Of a stretch of 64,000 nt of DNA, positions 24,148 to 33,396 are shown in pieces. The stretch comes from Acidobacteriota bacterium (GTDB taxonomy: Bacteria; Acidobacteriota; UBA890; WLXD01): contig CAXWPL010000001.1 of assembly GCA_963666215.2 (NCBI GenBank), positions 640,001 to 704,000 of the forward strand, given 5' to 3'. Position 1 is the first letter of the stretch; each line of letters opens with the position of its first letter. The position numbers and the translations under genes are program-made. Below the pieces are notes generated by a model. It was not told where the DNA came from, did not search any database, and saw nothing but the letters and a program-made list of their open reading frames with translations.

Positions 24148-25673
24148 GCCCCCGTATCGCGAATCGGGTCGATCGTGTTGATGCCATCACGCGGTCCGTA
24201 CACCAGCTCCTCGATCGTGCCGTGCACTCGGTTCACCGTCGCCGCGGACGGCTTCGGGGTAACCCGCGACACGGCCCACGCAACCAGCCAGTTGGCCGCC
24301 AGGCCCCAGACGCCGCCATGCATTGTGAGCGGGTGTGGCCAGACCACCAAGGTAAAGAAGAGCGTCACGAGACCGGCGCCGATCCCGGTGAGCACACCCG
24401 TGGCGGTCATGCAGCGGCGGGACGGGAAGAGCACGCCGGCTAGCGCCGGCAACAGCTGCAGCGCGCCGGCGCCCGACAGGGTCACGACGATCACCAGCTG
24501 GTCGAACGTATACACGCTCAGGATGTAGCCGATGATCAGCAAGCAGACGATGAAGAAGCGACTCACGGCGATGTAGTGGGCACGGCTGCCGTCGGCATTG
24601 ATATAGCGCTGGTAGATGTCGCGTGTCAGCACGGCTGTATTGGCATGCAGAATCGAATCGAGCGTCGACATCGCTGCTGCCGTAGCTCCAGCCAGAATCA
24701 AGCCCGTGAGCCAGGCCGGAGCGTAGGCGAACAGCAGCTCTGGGAAGATTCGGTCGGGGATCGCGATGTCGGGCATGACCAACGCCCCGCCGAGGCCCAC
24801 GAACACGGTCGGTATAAACAGGCTTACGAGAAAGATCGGGATCGTTGCGCCCAGCCAGCGGAGCGTGCGTGCATCGACCGCGGTGTAGTAGCGAATGAGC
24901 AGGTGCGGCTGCAGCACAACTCCAAACGACAGCGTCACCATCATGCCGAACCACATCGGATAGGTGAAGAAACCCCGTGGCCCGGGAATCGTCAGCAGGT
25001 CGGGTCGTTGCTCCTTGACCGCCGCTAGCAGCTGCAGCGGCCCACCGAAGAGCTCGTACGACAGCACCAGCGCACCGACCCAGACGGCGACGTACATCCA
25101 GACCCCCTGCAGCACGTCTGTCCAATAAACGGCACGCAAACCGCCTGCCATCAGATAGGTCGCGGCCACCACAAGCAGCACGGCTGTGGCGGCCTCGAAT
25201 GAAACGCGGTCTCCGGAGGCGGCGCTCACGATGTAACCCAGGCCTTGCGCCTGCACCTGAATGTAGAGAATCGTGAAGACGATCGACACTGCCGCAACCA
25301 CCACACGCACCGGCTCGCTCTCGTAGAAGTCGGCCATCATGTCGGCCGGAGTCATGTAGTCGAACTTCTTGCCGAGAGCCCAAATCCGCGGGCCGATGAC
25401 GTAGGTAATCGCCCCCGTTACCACCGTCCAGGTACCGGCGACCCAAAAGCCGATCCCGTGCGTGTAGAAGAAGCCGCTACTGCCAAGGAAGGCGAAGGCG
25501 CTGTGGTAGGTCGCAACGATGGTGAGGTAAAGAACGAAGAAGCGCGCCTTGCGACCGTAGAGCAGGAAGTCGTCGAGGTCGACCGAGAGGCTCCTGTTGG
25601 CCACAAGACCGAGCACCAGGGTGACGACCAGGTAGATGCCGATGAGCGACAGGGCAATGACCCAGGGCTCCAT
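24144..25673 (-). CDS. Sodium:solute symporter (SSS)
   Basis: GGLRAVYWTDVLQG and AAAMSTLDS; many TM segments. Confidence 0.92.
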   Translation of the reverse strand: MEPWVIALSLIGIYLVVTLVLGLVANRSLSVDLDDFLLYGRKARFFVLYLTIVATYHSAFAFLGSSGFFYTHGIGFWVAGTWTVVTGAITYVIGPRIWALGKKFDYMTPADMMADFYESEPVRVVVAAVSIVFTILYIQVQAQGLGYIVSAASGDRVSFEAATAVLLVVAATYLMAGGLRAVYWTDVLQGVWMYVAVWVGALVLSYELFGGPLQLLAAVKEQRPDLLTIPGPRGFFTYPMWFGMMVTLSFGVVLQPHLLIRYYTAVDARTLRWLGATIPIFLVSLFIPTVFVGLGGALVMPDIAIPDRIFPELLFAYAPAWLTGLILAGATAAAMSTLDSILHANTAVLTRDIYQRYINADGSRAHYIAVSRFFIVCLLIIGYILSVYTFDQLVIVVTLSGAGALQLLPALAGVLFPSRRCMTATGVLTGIGAGLVTLFFTLVVWPHPLTMHGGVWGLAANWLVAWAVSRVTPKPSAATVNRVHGTIEELVYGPRDGINTIDPIRDTGA

Positions 25674-25689
25674 CGTCAGCGACTCAGGC

Positions 25690-25956
25690 TCATAGCTGTC
25701 GCCTGGCCGCGTAGATCAGCACGGCGATCTTGGCGACGTAGATAACACCCAGATAGGCGAAGATGAACGGGAAACCCAGGAAGGTGGGCTCGATGCGGTT
25801 CGCCCAGGGCAGTAGCGGCCACTCGGCGAACGCCAAGAGCAGCAGGTAGGCCACCACCACGCCGCGCCCGGTGGCTGTGCGCGGCACGTAGTGCGACCCG
25901 AAAGCCACGTATCGGCTCGCCGGGTCGGTTGTCGCATTCTGGGGCTTCGAGCTCAC
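25690..25956 (-). CDS. Small membrane partner of the SSS transporter (DUF3311-like)
   Basis: PWANRIEPTFLGFPF; 2 TM; directly upstream of the SSS gene. Confidence 0.75.
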   Translation of the reverse strand: MSSKPQNATTDPASRYVAFGSHYVPRTATGRGVVVAYLLLLAFAEWPLLPWANRIEPTFLGFPFIFAYLGVIYVAKIAVLIYAARRQL

Positions 25957-26045
25957 CCGTGCGATCCGCCTTATCTTAATGAACGCTTGAACGCTGTACG
26001 CTGCGCCACACCGAGGCAGTCTAGTACCGAATCCAGGCGAAATTC

Positions 26046-27454
26046 GGGGATGTCACAGGCTCCGTTGAAAAAGGGTGACGGTGATCCGACCTCGATAGTG
26101 TGTCGGGGTCAATCCACTGGCATGGAGGATCACCGTCATGAGCAAGAGTCGCAGAACAGAGACAAGTAGGAAAGCGGAGCGCCAAGAGAACCCGCTCCTG
26201 GAGGCAGTGGTAGCGGCGCGATCGGATCTACGAGCGCTGGTCATGGACGCGGGCTTCGGGGTGTTGGGTTCGCTGCTGGAAGAAGACCGGGCGGAGCTCT
26301 GCGGAGAGCGCTACGCGCGGTCACAGCAGCGGCGGGCGTACCGACACGGCTACGACGAGGGCTCGCTGGTGATGGGCGGCCGGCGGGTCAAGGTACGCAA
26401 GCCGCGGGCTCGGAGCGTCGATGGCCAAGAGCTGCCGCTGCCGCACTGGGAGAGGTTCAAGGCAACAGATCCGCTCGAAGAGCGCGCCGTAGAGCAGATC
26501 CTGTGCGGCGTCACGACGCGCAAGTACGAGCGCTCGTTAGAGCAGCTCGACGACGGGCGAGCTTCGTCGGGAACGAGTCGCTCGAGTGTGTCGCGGCGGT
26601 TCGTAGCGCGTACAGCCAAGCAGGTGCAGCAGTACCTGGCCCAACCGCTCAATGAAGTGGACCTGCCGGTGCTGGTGATCGACGGCACGCACATGGGCAA
26701 GCACTTGTTGGTGATCGCCATGGGCATCGACGCGGACGGCGTCAAGCATGTGCTGGGTGTCGTAGAGGGCACCACGGAGAGCTCCCACGTGTGCCGGTCG
26801 CTGCTGCGGCAGTTGATCGAGCGCGGCATGCCCGTCGAACGGGCGCGGTTGGTGGTAATCGATGGCTCCAAGGGCCTCCGTAAAGCAGTGCGCGACACGT
26901 TCGGCGAGTGGGCCCTGATCCAGCGCTGCCGTGTCCACAAGATCAAGAATGTATTGGAGCATCTGCCAGGGCATATCCGGCCCTGGTTCGCAGCCAAGAT
27001 CCGCAAGGCGTGGAAGGCGGAGACGGCCACGGCAGCGACCAAGCAGCTCGACGCCGTGGTCAAGGAGCTGGAGACCGATCACCCCGGTGCAGCGGCCTCG
27101 CTCAGAGAAGGAATGCAAGAGACGCTCACCGTCACTCGGCTCCGAGTTCAGGGGCCGCTGCTTCGGACGTTACGTTCAACGAATACGATCGAGAACCTGA
27201 ACGGGACGATCAAACACGTCAGCCGCAACGTAAAGCGGTGGCGCTCCGGGAGCATGATCGTTCGATGGGCGGTTACTGCACTCATCGAGGCCGAGAGCAA
27301 GTTCCGGAGGGTTCGTGGCTACCGCGACATCGCCAAGCTCGATGCCGCACTCAACACCGCCGTCGACGTTCCCCTTGAGCAGGAGCGCCGTACTGCGTAA
27401 CAATCCCCAACCACTTCACCGTCGCCTTAGTTCAACGGACGGTGGGACATCCCC
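26046..27454 (+). mobile_element. IS256-family insertion sequence, copy 1 (1409 bp)
   Basis: 39-bp imperfect terminal IRs GGGGATGTC...GACGGTGA (31/39 match); near-identical second copy at 53177. Confidence 0.92.
26138..27400 (+). CDS. IS256 (mutator-type) DDE transposase
   Basis: LVIDG, VIDGSKGL, IQRCRVHK, STNTIENLN. Confidence 0.95.
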   Translation: MSKSRRTETSRKAERQENPLLEAVVAARSDLRALVMDAGFGVLGSLLEEDRAELCGERYARSQQRRAYRHGYDEGSLVMGGRRVKVRKPRARSVDGQELPLPHWERFKATDPLEERAVEQILCGVTTRKYERSLEQLDDGRASSGTSRSSVSRRFVARTAKQVQQYLAQPLNEVDLPVLVIDGTHMGKHLLVIAMGIDADGVKHVLGVVEGTTESSHVCRSLLRQLIERGMPVERARLVVIDGSKGLRKAVRDTFGEWALIQRCRVHKIKNVLEHLPGHIRPWFAAKIRKAWKAETATAATKQLDAVVKELETDHPGAAASLREGMQETLTVTRLRVQGPLLRTLRSTNTIENLNGTIKHVSRNVKRWRSGSMIVRWAVTALIEAESKFRRVRGYRDIAKLDAALNTAVDVPLEQERRTA

Positions 27455-27896
27455 CCGAAGTGGGCACCGCGCCGGTGAGCGGGTGTCGATAGAACAGAAT
27501 CGACGACTCTTGTGGCCAGCTCGCGACAGCCGTATCGCGATCGTCGCCCAGGCCCACGAAGAAGGTCCCGAGGACGCTCGGTGGAATCAGCGTATCGTCG
27601 AGGATTCCGCGCATCGCCGCGAGGTCCGAGAGCTGGATGGCGCGAATCGGGATCTCGTAGAGCAGGCTCACATGGTCGGTGCTGAGTTGCCGGCGAATCT
27701 CTCGGGCCAGCTCCTCGGCTACGCGCACGCCGGCCTGCTCGAACTCCTGCTCGGCGGCGAGCTCGAGGCGACCCAACGAGCCAAGCTCCGAGATCAGCAG
27801 CAGGGCGAGGGGGACGCCGATCAGCAGCGCCGGCATCACGCTCGCCAGGAGCCACTTCCGGCTCATCCGAGATTTGAGTCGAGCCCAGAACAGCAC
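27455..27896 (-). pseudogene. N-terminal fragment of a membrane-anchored protein (possibly a sensor), truncated by IS256
   Basis: TM helix plus extracytoplasmic-like segment; the frame runs into the IS right end and stops at 27432. Confidence 0.55.
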
Positions 27897-28056
27897 GGTC
27901 TTCTACCGGGGGTTTTGAATCTGCGCGGGTGCCGCTCTCTACTACTACGCTACGCTTCGACTCTACCTGGGCGATCGCCAAACGAACAGGGGACTTCACA
28001 ACGCCCGCAGCCATTGTTCCTCTGCGGCTGGCCGCTAGCCAGGTCGCCGGTTGGTC

Positions 28057-28425
28057 TCAGAACGGCAGGTCGTCCTCCTGGAGACCGAAGTGGTGACCGA
28101 GCTCGTGCAGCACGGTCTCGCGGATCTGCTGCAAGACTTCGGCTCGCGATCGACAGACGCGCAGGATGGGCCCGCGGTAGATCGCGACGCGATCGGGCAA
28201 TTCGACCATGGCAAGGCCCCTCTCGCCGGGCGGGACGCCCTGGTACAAACCGAGAAGCTCGTCGCCATGATGCGGATCGAGGCCCACCGACTCGAGCTCG
28301 TCGTCGGTGGGCTCGTCCTCGACCACCACGGCGACGTTGTCGAGCATCTCGCCCCACTCCTCAGGCAACTCGTCGAGCGCCTCGGCGACAAGCTGCTGGA
28401 AGCGACGCTCGCTGATCTGCTTCAT
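28057..28425 (-). CDS. Zincin-like (Zincin_1) metallopeptidase
   Basis: LLGLYQGVP, PDRVAIYRGPI, HELGHHFG. Confidence 0.88.
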   Translation of the reverse strand: MKQISERRFQQLVAEALDELPEEWGEMLDNVAVVVEDEPTDDELESVGLDPHHGDELLGLYQGVPPGERGLAMVELPDRVAIYRGPILRVCRSRAEVLQQIRETVLHELGHHFGLQEDDLPF

Positions 28426-28949
28426 GGACGAAGCGCCGAGGACCTGGCGACGTGCGCCACGGGCGCAGCCTGGCCCGTCGACTCGAGTCGTTCGTAGTGA
28501 CCATCGAACATGCGAGTCCAACTCGAGCCATCCTTCGACATCTCCATGCTCGAGCGCAGATGCCCTGCCTCGCTCAGGTCATACGTAAGACGCATATGCG
28601 TGCCGGGGCCGGCATGTGAAGCCGTAAGGACCTCGTCTTCGAAGACGCCCGTGAAGACCTCGGGACCTTGGCCGAAGAAATCGAACCAATGGAGAATGTA
28701 GACCTCCTTGTCGGCGTCGAAATGCCACACGCCATGCCCGGCGAATGTAATCGCGCCGTCACGTTCCTGCTCGTAGTTGGTGATCACTACGAGGCCGTTC
28801 AACGCCAGGCGACTCGACGTCCTGCCCACGGCGACGCCGCCAGCCGGATCCCACTGCGAAGGATGCATCGTCTCTTCCCCTTCCCAGCGCCCGACGAGTG
28901 CCTGCAACCGCTGATGGCCGGGACTCGGTTTCGGCATTTCCATGGTCAT
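28422..28949 (-). CDS. DUF1579-like protein
   Basis: PKPSPGHQRLQALVGRWEG; SKDGSSW...FDGHYER. Confidence 0.7.
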   Translation of the reverse strand: MTMEMPKPSPGHQRLQALVGRWEGEETMHPSQWDPAGGVAVGRTSSRLALNGLVVITNYEQERDGAITFAGHGVWHFDADKEVYILHWFDFFGQGPEVFTGVFEDEVLTASHAGPGTHMRLTYDLSEAGHLRSSMEMSKDGSSWTRMFDGHYERLESTGQAAPVAHVARSSALRP

Positions 28950-29036
28950 GTGCTCCCGTTTCGAGGTCTCAGTGTGTCCTGGTCAAGTCATCCCGCCGGC
29001 TTCCGCGCTGGAGCCTACCAATTCCGCAAGGTGAAC

Positions 29037-29069
29037 TTGCATTAGTGTTACCATTGTACCAATATAACA
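29037..29069 (+). promoter_or_regulatory. Promoter/operator of a probably leaderless RHH gene
   Basis: TTGCAT-17bp-CAATAT; TACCA/TACCA/TAACA repeats at 8-bp period; no SD before ATG 29073. Confidence 0.45.
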
Positions 29070-29072
29070 AAC

Positions 29073-29327
29073 ATGAAGAAACGTATCGAACGCACACAGA
29101 CCGGTGTCCGCATCGAGAAACGGCTGCTCAAGGTGCTCAAGGCGCTGGCCGAGGTTCTCGACCTCACGCTGGGCGATCTCCTTGAAGGGATCGTTCTGCA
29201 TGCCTTCGACAACAAGCTGCCGTTCTCTCCGGAGACTCTCGAGAAGATCGCGCAGCTCCGGCAGGTTTACGGACTCGATCTGGACGCCGGTGACAGCCAC
29301 GAGCTGACCGAGAGCGAGTCGACTTGA
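29073..29327 (+). CDS. Small ribbon-helix-helix-like protein
   Basis: QTGVRIEKRLLKVLKALAE...LGDLLEGI fits a beta-alpha-alpha pattern. Confidence 0.7.
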   Translation: MKKRIERTQTGVRIEKRLLKVLKALAEVLDLTLGDLLEGIVLHAFDNKLPFSPETLEKIAQLRQVYGLDLDAGDSHELTESEST

Positions 29328-29764
29328 GCGCGCCCCCCACAGCGCCCACCGACTTCGCCGACCGATTCGAGAACCTCGAGGTCGACGCCCGGACATTCGG
29401 CCATCGCGAACACTTGCAGGCTGCCCACGCGATGTTGTGCCGCTACCCGTTCCTGGTCGCCACTGCCAGATACGCCGAGACCGTCAGCGCGATGGCGGCC
29501 CGGGAAGGCGACACCGAGAAGTTCAACGTCACGATTACCTTGGCCTTCATGGCTCTGCTCGCCGAGTGCATGGAAGCAGAACCGCATCGAGAGTTCGACG
29601 AGCTCGTTGAAGCGCATCCCGAGCTTCTGTCTTCCAACGTGCTGGAGCGCTTCTATTCGCCCGAGCGACTCTGGTCGCCCACCGCACGGCGCGTGTTCGT
29701 GATGCCCGACGCCGTGCCGCAGCTGGCCAACCCACGCGCCCCGCTCGCGAGACCATCGCGCTGA
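29324..29764 (+). CDS. Hypothetical protein
   Basis: TTGA overlap with the RHH gene; FGHREHL, FNVTIT, FYSPERL...ARRVFVMPD. Confidence 0.7.
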   Translation: MSAPPTAPTDFADRFENLEVDARTFGHREHLQAAHAMLCRYPFLVATARYAETVSAMAAREGDTEKFNVTITLAFMALLAECMEAEPHREFDELVEAHPELLSSNVLERFYSPERLWSPTARRVFVMPDAVPQLANPRAPLARPSR

Positions 29765-29856
29765 GAGCGCTTGGCCGACAGCATGGATCGCGTGTAGGTT
29801 GGGTCGTCTGGCCGGGCACAACAATGGCGGATGTTGCAGCCGAGGAGAGGTGGCGC

Positions 29857-30090
29857 ATGGCTTTCAAGACCGTCGTCACGTACTGGGCGACGTGGGACGT
29901 GAACGACCACCAGGGACGGATCTCGATCAAGACCGACGACAACACGGTGACTTGGGACTCGTACACATGCCCCCAAGAGTTCGCCGTTGTCATCGACCTG
30001 CTACGAAACGAGAAGCCGCTGCAATGGGACAAAGATCTGCGGCAGCTGCGGACGTTCAACGAAACCATCGGCGAGGGCGAACCGAGCTGA
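29857..30090 (+). CDS. Small hypothetical protein (77 aa)
   Basis: GAGGAGAGG RBS; globular composition (VIDLLRNEKP...GEGE). Confidence 0.65.
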   Translation: MAFKTVVTYWATWDVNDHQGRISIKTDDNTVTWDSYTCPQEFAVVIDLLRNEKPLQWDKDLRQLRTFNETIGEGEPS

Positions 30091-30195
30091 GTCGGCGGCG
30101 CAAAGCGATCAGGACGCGGCGAAGAAGCGACAGAGGATCTGACATGAAAGCGTTGACTTGTTCTGCGCCAACACTCCGATGGTGTGTGTCGATCG

Positions 30196-31128
30196 TCAGC
30201 CTGGCAGCTCTGTCGCTCGCTTGCGCAACGCCTCCACCACCTTCGGATCGAAGTGGCTACCTGAGTCCTTCCGCAGAATCCCCATCGCCTCGTCGGAGCT
30301 CTTGGCTGCGCTGTACGACCGATGTGTGGTCATCGCGTCGAACGCGTCGGCAACCGCGATAATCCGAGAGCCCAGCGGGATATCTTCGCCGCGCAAGCGA
30401 TAGTAGCCCGTGCCCTCGTACTTTTCGTGGTGGTAAAGAATCAGCGGCACCGCGTTGCGCATGATGCCGCCCACCTGCTGCACCATGCGGGCACCGTCCT
30501 CCGGATGCTTCTGGATCTCGTCCCACTCTTCGGCGGTGAGGTCACCGGCCTTGCGCAGCACGTCGAGGCTGACGTCCACCTTGCCGACGTCGTGAAGCAG
30601 CGCGGCAACACGCACGTCTTCGACCTCGGAGTGACTCAGGCGCATCTCCCTGGCGATCGCCGTGGCGCCTTGCGACACACGGACGGAGTGCGCCTCGGTG
30701 TACCGATCGGCCGTGTCGATGAACTTCGACAAGATCTGCAACACGCCGTTGTACGCCTGGGTCAGTTCCGCGTGCGCATTCTGGCGATAGTCGTAGAGGT
30801 ACCCGAGCGCGGCGGCGGTGAGGATGAGGAAACACCCCCAGATGCCGATGTCGACCCACTTCTGCATCGGGGTGGCTCCTGCGGCGAACGCCGTCGGGTG
30901 CAGGATCGCGTACCAGACCACCATCGTGACGGCCGCTCCGGCGGTGGCGACGGCCTGAAGTCGTCCGAGGAAGAACCCGGCGAGCACGACGGGAAGGAAG
31001 AACGTGTTGAGGTAGCCGCGGTACTGCAGATCGAGCGTATTAACGAACCCCGACGCTACGAAGAGAAGCAGAACGACCACAAGCTCGGCCCTGATGTCGC
31101 CGAAACGCGTACGAATGCGCAAACCCAC
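30196..31128 (-). CDS. Membrane-bound HD-GYP-type phosphodiesterase (GYY variant)
   Basis: HSVRV, LHDVGK, HHEKYEGTGYY, IIAVADAFDAM; about 4 N-terminal TM; GTG with GGGAGG RBS. Confidence 0.88.
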   Translation of the reverse strand: MGLRIRTRFGDIRAELVVVLLLFVASGFVNTLDLQYRGYLNTFFLPVVLAGFFLGRLQAVATAGAAVTMVVWYAILHPTAFAAGATPMQKWVDIGIWGCFLILTAAALGYLYDYRQNAHAELTQAYNGVLQILSKFIDTADRYTEAHSVRVSQGATAIAREMRLSHSEVEDVRVAALLHDVGKVDVSLDVLRKAGDLTAEEWDEIQKHPEDGARMVQQVGGIMRNAVPLILYHHEKYEGTGYYRLRGEDIPLGSRIIAVADAFDAMTTHRSYSAAKSSDEAMGILRKDSGSHFDPKVVEALRKRATELPG

Positions 31129-31266
31129 CTGTGCCTCCCGTGCGGTGCCGAATTGAAACGCCAAGCCGATCGTAGCAGGGACGGGAGTGGCCCCCGAAGA
31201 TCACGATTAGCTTCTGATATCTTTTAGTAACTCTCGATAATCGCCAAGCAGCGCCGCCGCCTGTCG

Positions 31267-33093
31267 TCACGAGCCCTCCGGATCGAGGTCCAACAGCCGG
31301 CGGAGCGACCGTTCGTAGTGCAGAGCCAGACCTGCGTAGGCGGGGTGACCGATGAGACGCCTTTCTGTTTCCTGCATCACCTCCTCGAGACGTCGGAACC
31401 CCAAGTCATGAAAGGTCTGACGGCTCGCTGGAACTTCAACCGAGTAGGCCGCCCAGTGACGGATCCGCCGCTCGTCCATGTCGGCGGCGCGCTCGTGCAC
31501 TTCAGACAGCGCGTCGCCGGGCACGGCGATGAGGACGTCGGGCAGTGCCACGATCCACCATTCCGCCTCGCCGGCATCGGGCAGGCCCGGTTTGCCGCCG
31601 CCGCGAAATCGGAGGTAGCTCTGATCGGGCAGCCGGGTCGTCTCGAGGCCGATCCACACGTCCCGACCGTGTTCGGCCGCCGCCGCGAGCTCGCTCTCCG
31701 CCAGAGCCAGCACGCCGTTGCTGCCATCGACGGTGGTTCGATAGTCCATCACCGCGATCGAGTCGACGCGCTCCAGCACGGCGTCCACCAGCGTTGACGA
31801 TTCGATCCGGTCGCCGCGTGGTCGACGCAGCGGTACCGAATCGAACCAGAACGGCACCGCGACCTCGAGAAGGAGATCCGCTTCTTCGGTTCGCTCGCGC
31901 AAGGCGTCGAGTGTCCGCAGGAAGCTCACGACGGTCTCTTCGCGTTCGTCGCTCCACTGCGGCAAGAGGTAGGGCTCGATGTCGAGGTGTAAGCCGTCGA
32001 GGCGCTCCGCTCCAGTGACCGCGTTGTTGTACGCGGCGACCTCGCCCACCATCCGGAAAAGGTCGCCGTGGCCGCTCGGCAGGGCGTAATCGGGAGCGCC
32101 ATCGAGCGCCAGCACCTGCAGCCCCGTGGCCGAGAGAAGACCGACGGTTCGGGCCAGTGCCTGCTGCGTCTCGATCGCCTCCAGATCGCTCGGCACCTGC
32201 AGGAGAATCCGCGAGATCGCGACGGCCTTGGTCAGATCGATGAGATCGTCAACGCCCTCGGCTCCGGCGGCCAGAAGGTCGGAGGTGTGCCAGACTCAGA
32301 GGGAGTTGACCGGGGCTCGGTGTCGCCGCGCCGGGCGCACCGGCTCCGATCCGGAGCGACATAAATAGATGTCGTCGATGTCGACGTAGCCCGTCCCATG
32401 ACTGCTGAGTTGTAGACCCGCGAGTTGGCGACTGCGCACGCCATCGATTTCCATCGGCAGCGAAACAGTCTGCCAGTCCGCCGTAGCCGAGAGCATGAAC
32501 GACTCCGAGCGCCGTTGATGAGCATCAACGAAGCTGGCCTCGATGCTGCCTTCGATCTGGCCCCGAACGCGCAGCTGCAAACGTTCGAAGCGGCTGCCGT
32601 CCAGGTAGAAGACGGTTTCGTCGCTCGGCTCATCGTCGAACAGTGAGATCTCGAGCCGCGGCCGGTCGCTCGCATCGGCGTCGAAAGCGACGCGGAGCGC
32701 GCGGGCGTCGGCTGAGCCGACAAGCTCCGCACGGGCGCCGCCTGTTGCCTCGAGCCCCCCTCCGAGGCGATTGCTGGTGGCATTCTCGAACGGCGCAACC
32801 AGGAAACATCCATCGGTGGCTGGGGCCAGCGAGCCCTTCTCGTACTCACGCTCGTCCTGCTCGTTCGTTTGCAGGTCGCCGATGCCCAGAACCGCTCCCC
32901 GGTCACTCCACGTCACCCGCAGCTCACCACGATTCAGGTCATCGAGCGCTCGCCGACTATCTGCGCTGAGCTCGATCTCCAGAAGCTGGGGCTCGCCGAC
33001 TCCGTGCCCACTTCCAAGCGCCGCAAGCAGGCCGGCCACGACAAGAAGGACGACCCGTCGGCTTGCCGCTGCGTGGCTGCCGCTTCTAGACAT
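31267..33093 (-). pseudogene. Secreted CBM-like plus TIM-barrel protein with an in-frame TGA
   Basis: ORFs 32296-33093 and 31267-32196 share a frame; reads NSL*VWHT; ALDGAP, LHLDIEPY, VMDYRT, IGLET motifs. Confidence 0.65.
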
Positions 33094-33300
33094 TTGCTCC
33101 CCTGCTCTGCCGTCGCCGCACCGAGTGCCCGTTCGCAGCGTAGCCGCGCCGGACGTTGTGCACGAAGCCCAATTGTTCGGGCTTTGCCGGCAGCGTCGGC
33201 CGATGGGGGTGCCGTCAGTCGCCTTGTTCGTTCACGGTCGGGGCGTCAGCGTTGCCGTTCCGACGGTGTACGGAGCTGTGGCGATGGCTCATCTACTCGT

Positions 33301-33340
33301 CGGGTGGCCGCGGCGCTCTCGCAGAGTCGCCGGCCACCCG
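33301..33340 (-). terminator. GC-rich hairpin downstream of the NTF2 gene
   Basis: CGGGTGGCCG...CGGCCACCCG 10-bp stem; no clear U-tract. Confidence 0.35.
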
Positions 33341-33396
33341 CGCCAATCCGGTCGTCGCCCCTCAGGGCTGACTAGAAGCAGTCGCCTGCTCTGGGA

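Noticed and set aside
26000-26060. IS256 hybrid promoter from an outward GTGACA
   Set aside because: No good -10 hexamer at 16-18 bp spacing at either IS copy
33150-33200. GGCAAAGCCC hairpin on the minus strand as a c-di-GMP-I riboswitch
   Set aside because: Lacks the GNRA tetraloop, the second GCAAA and the receptor stem
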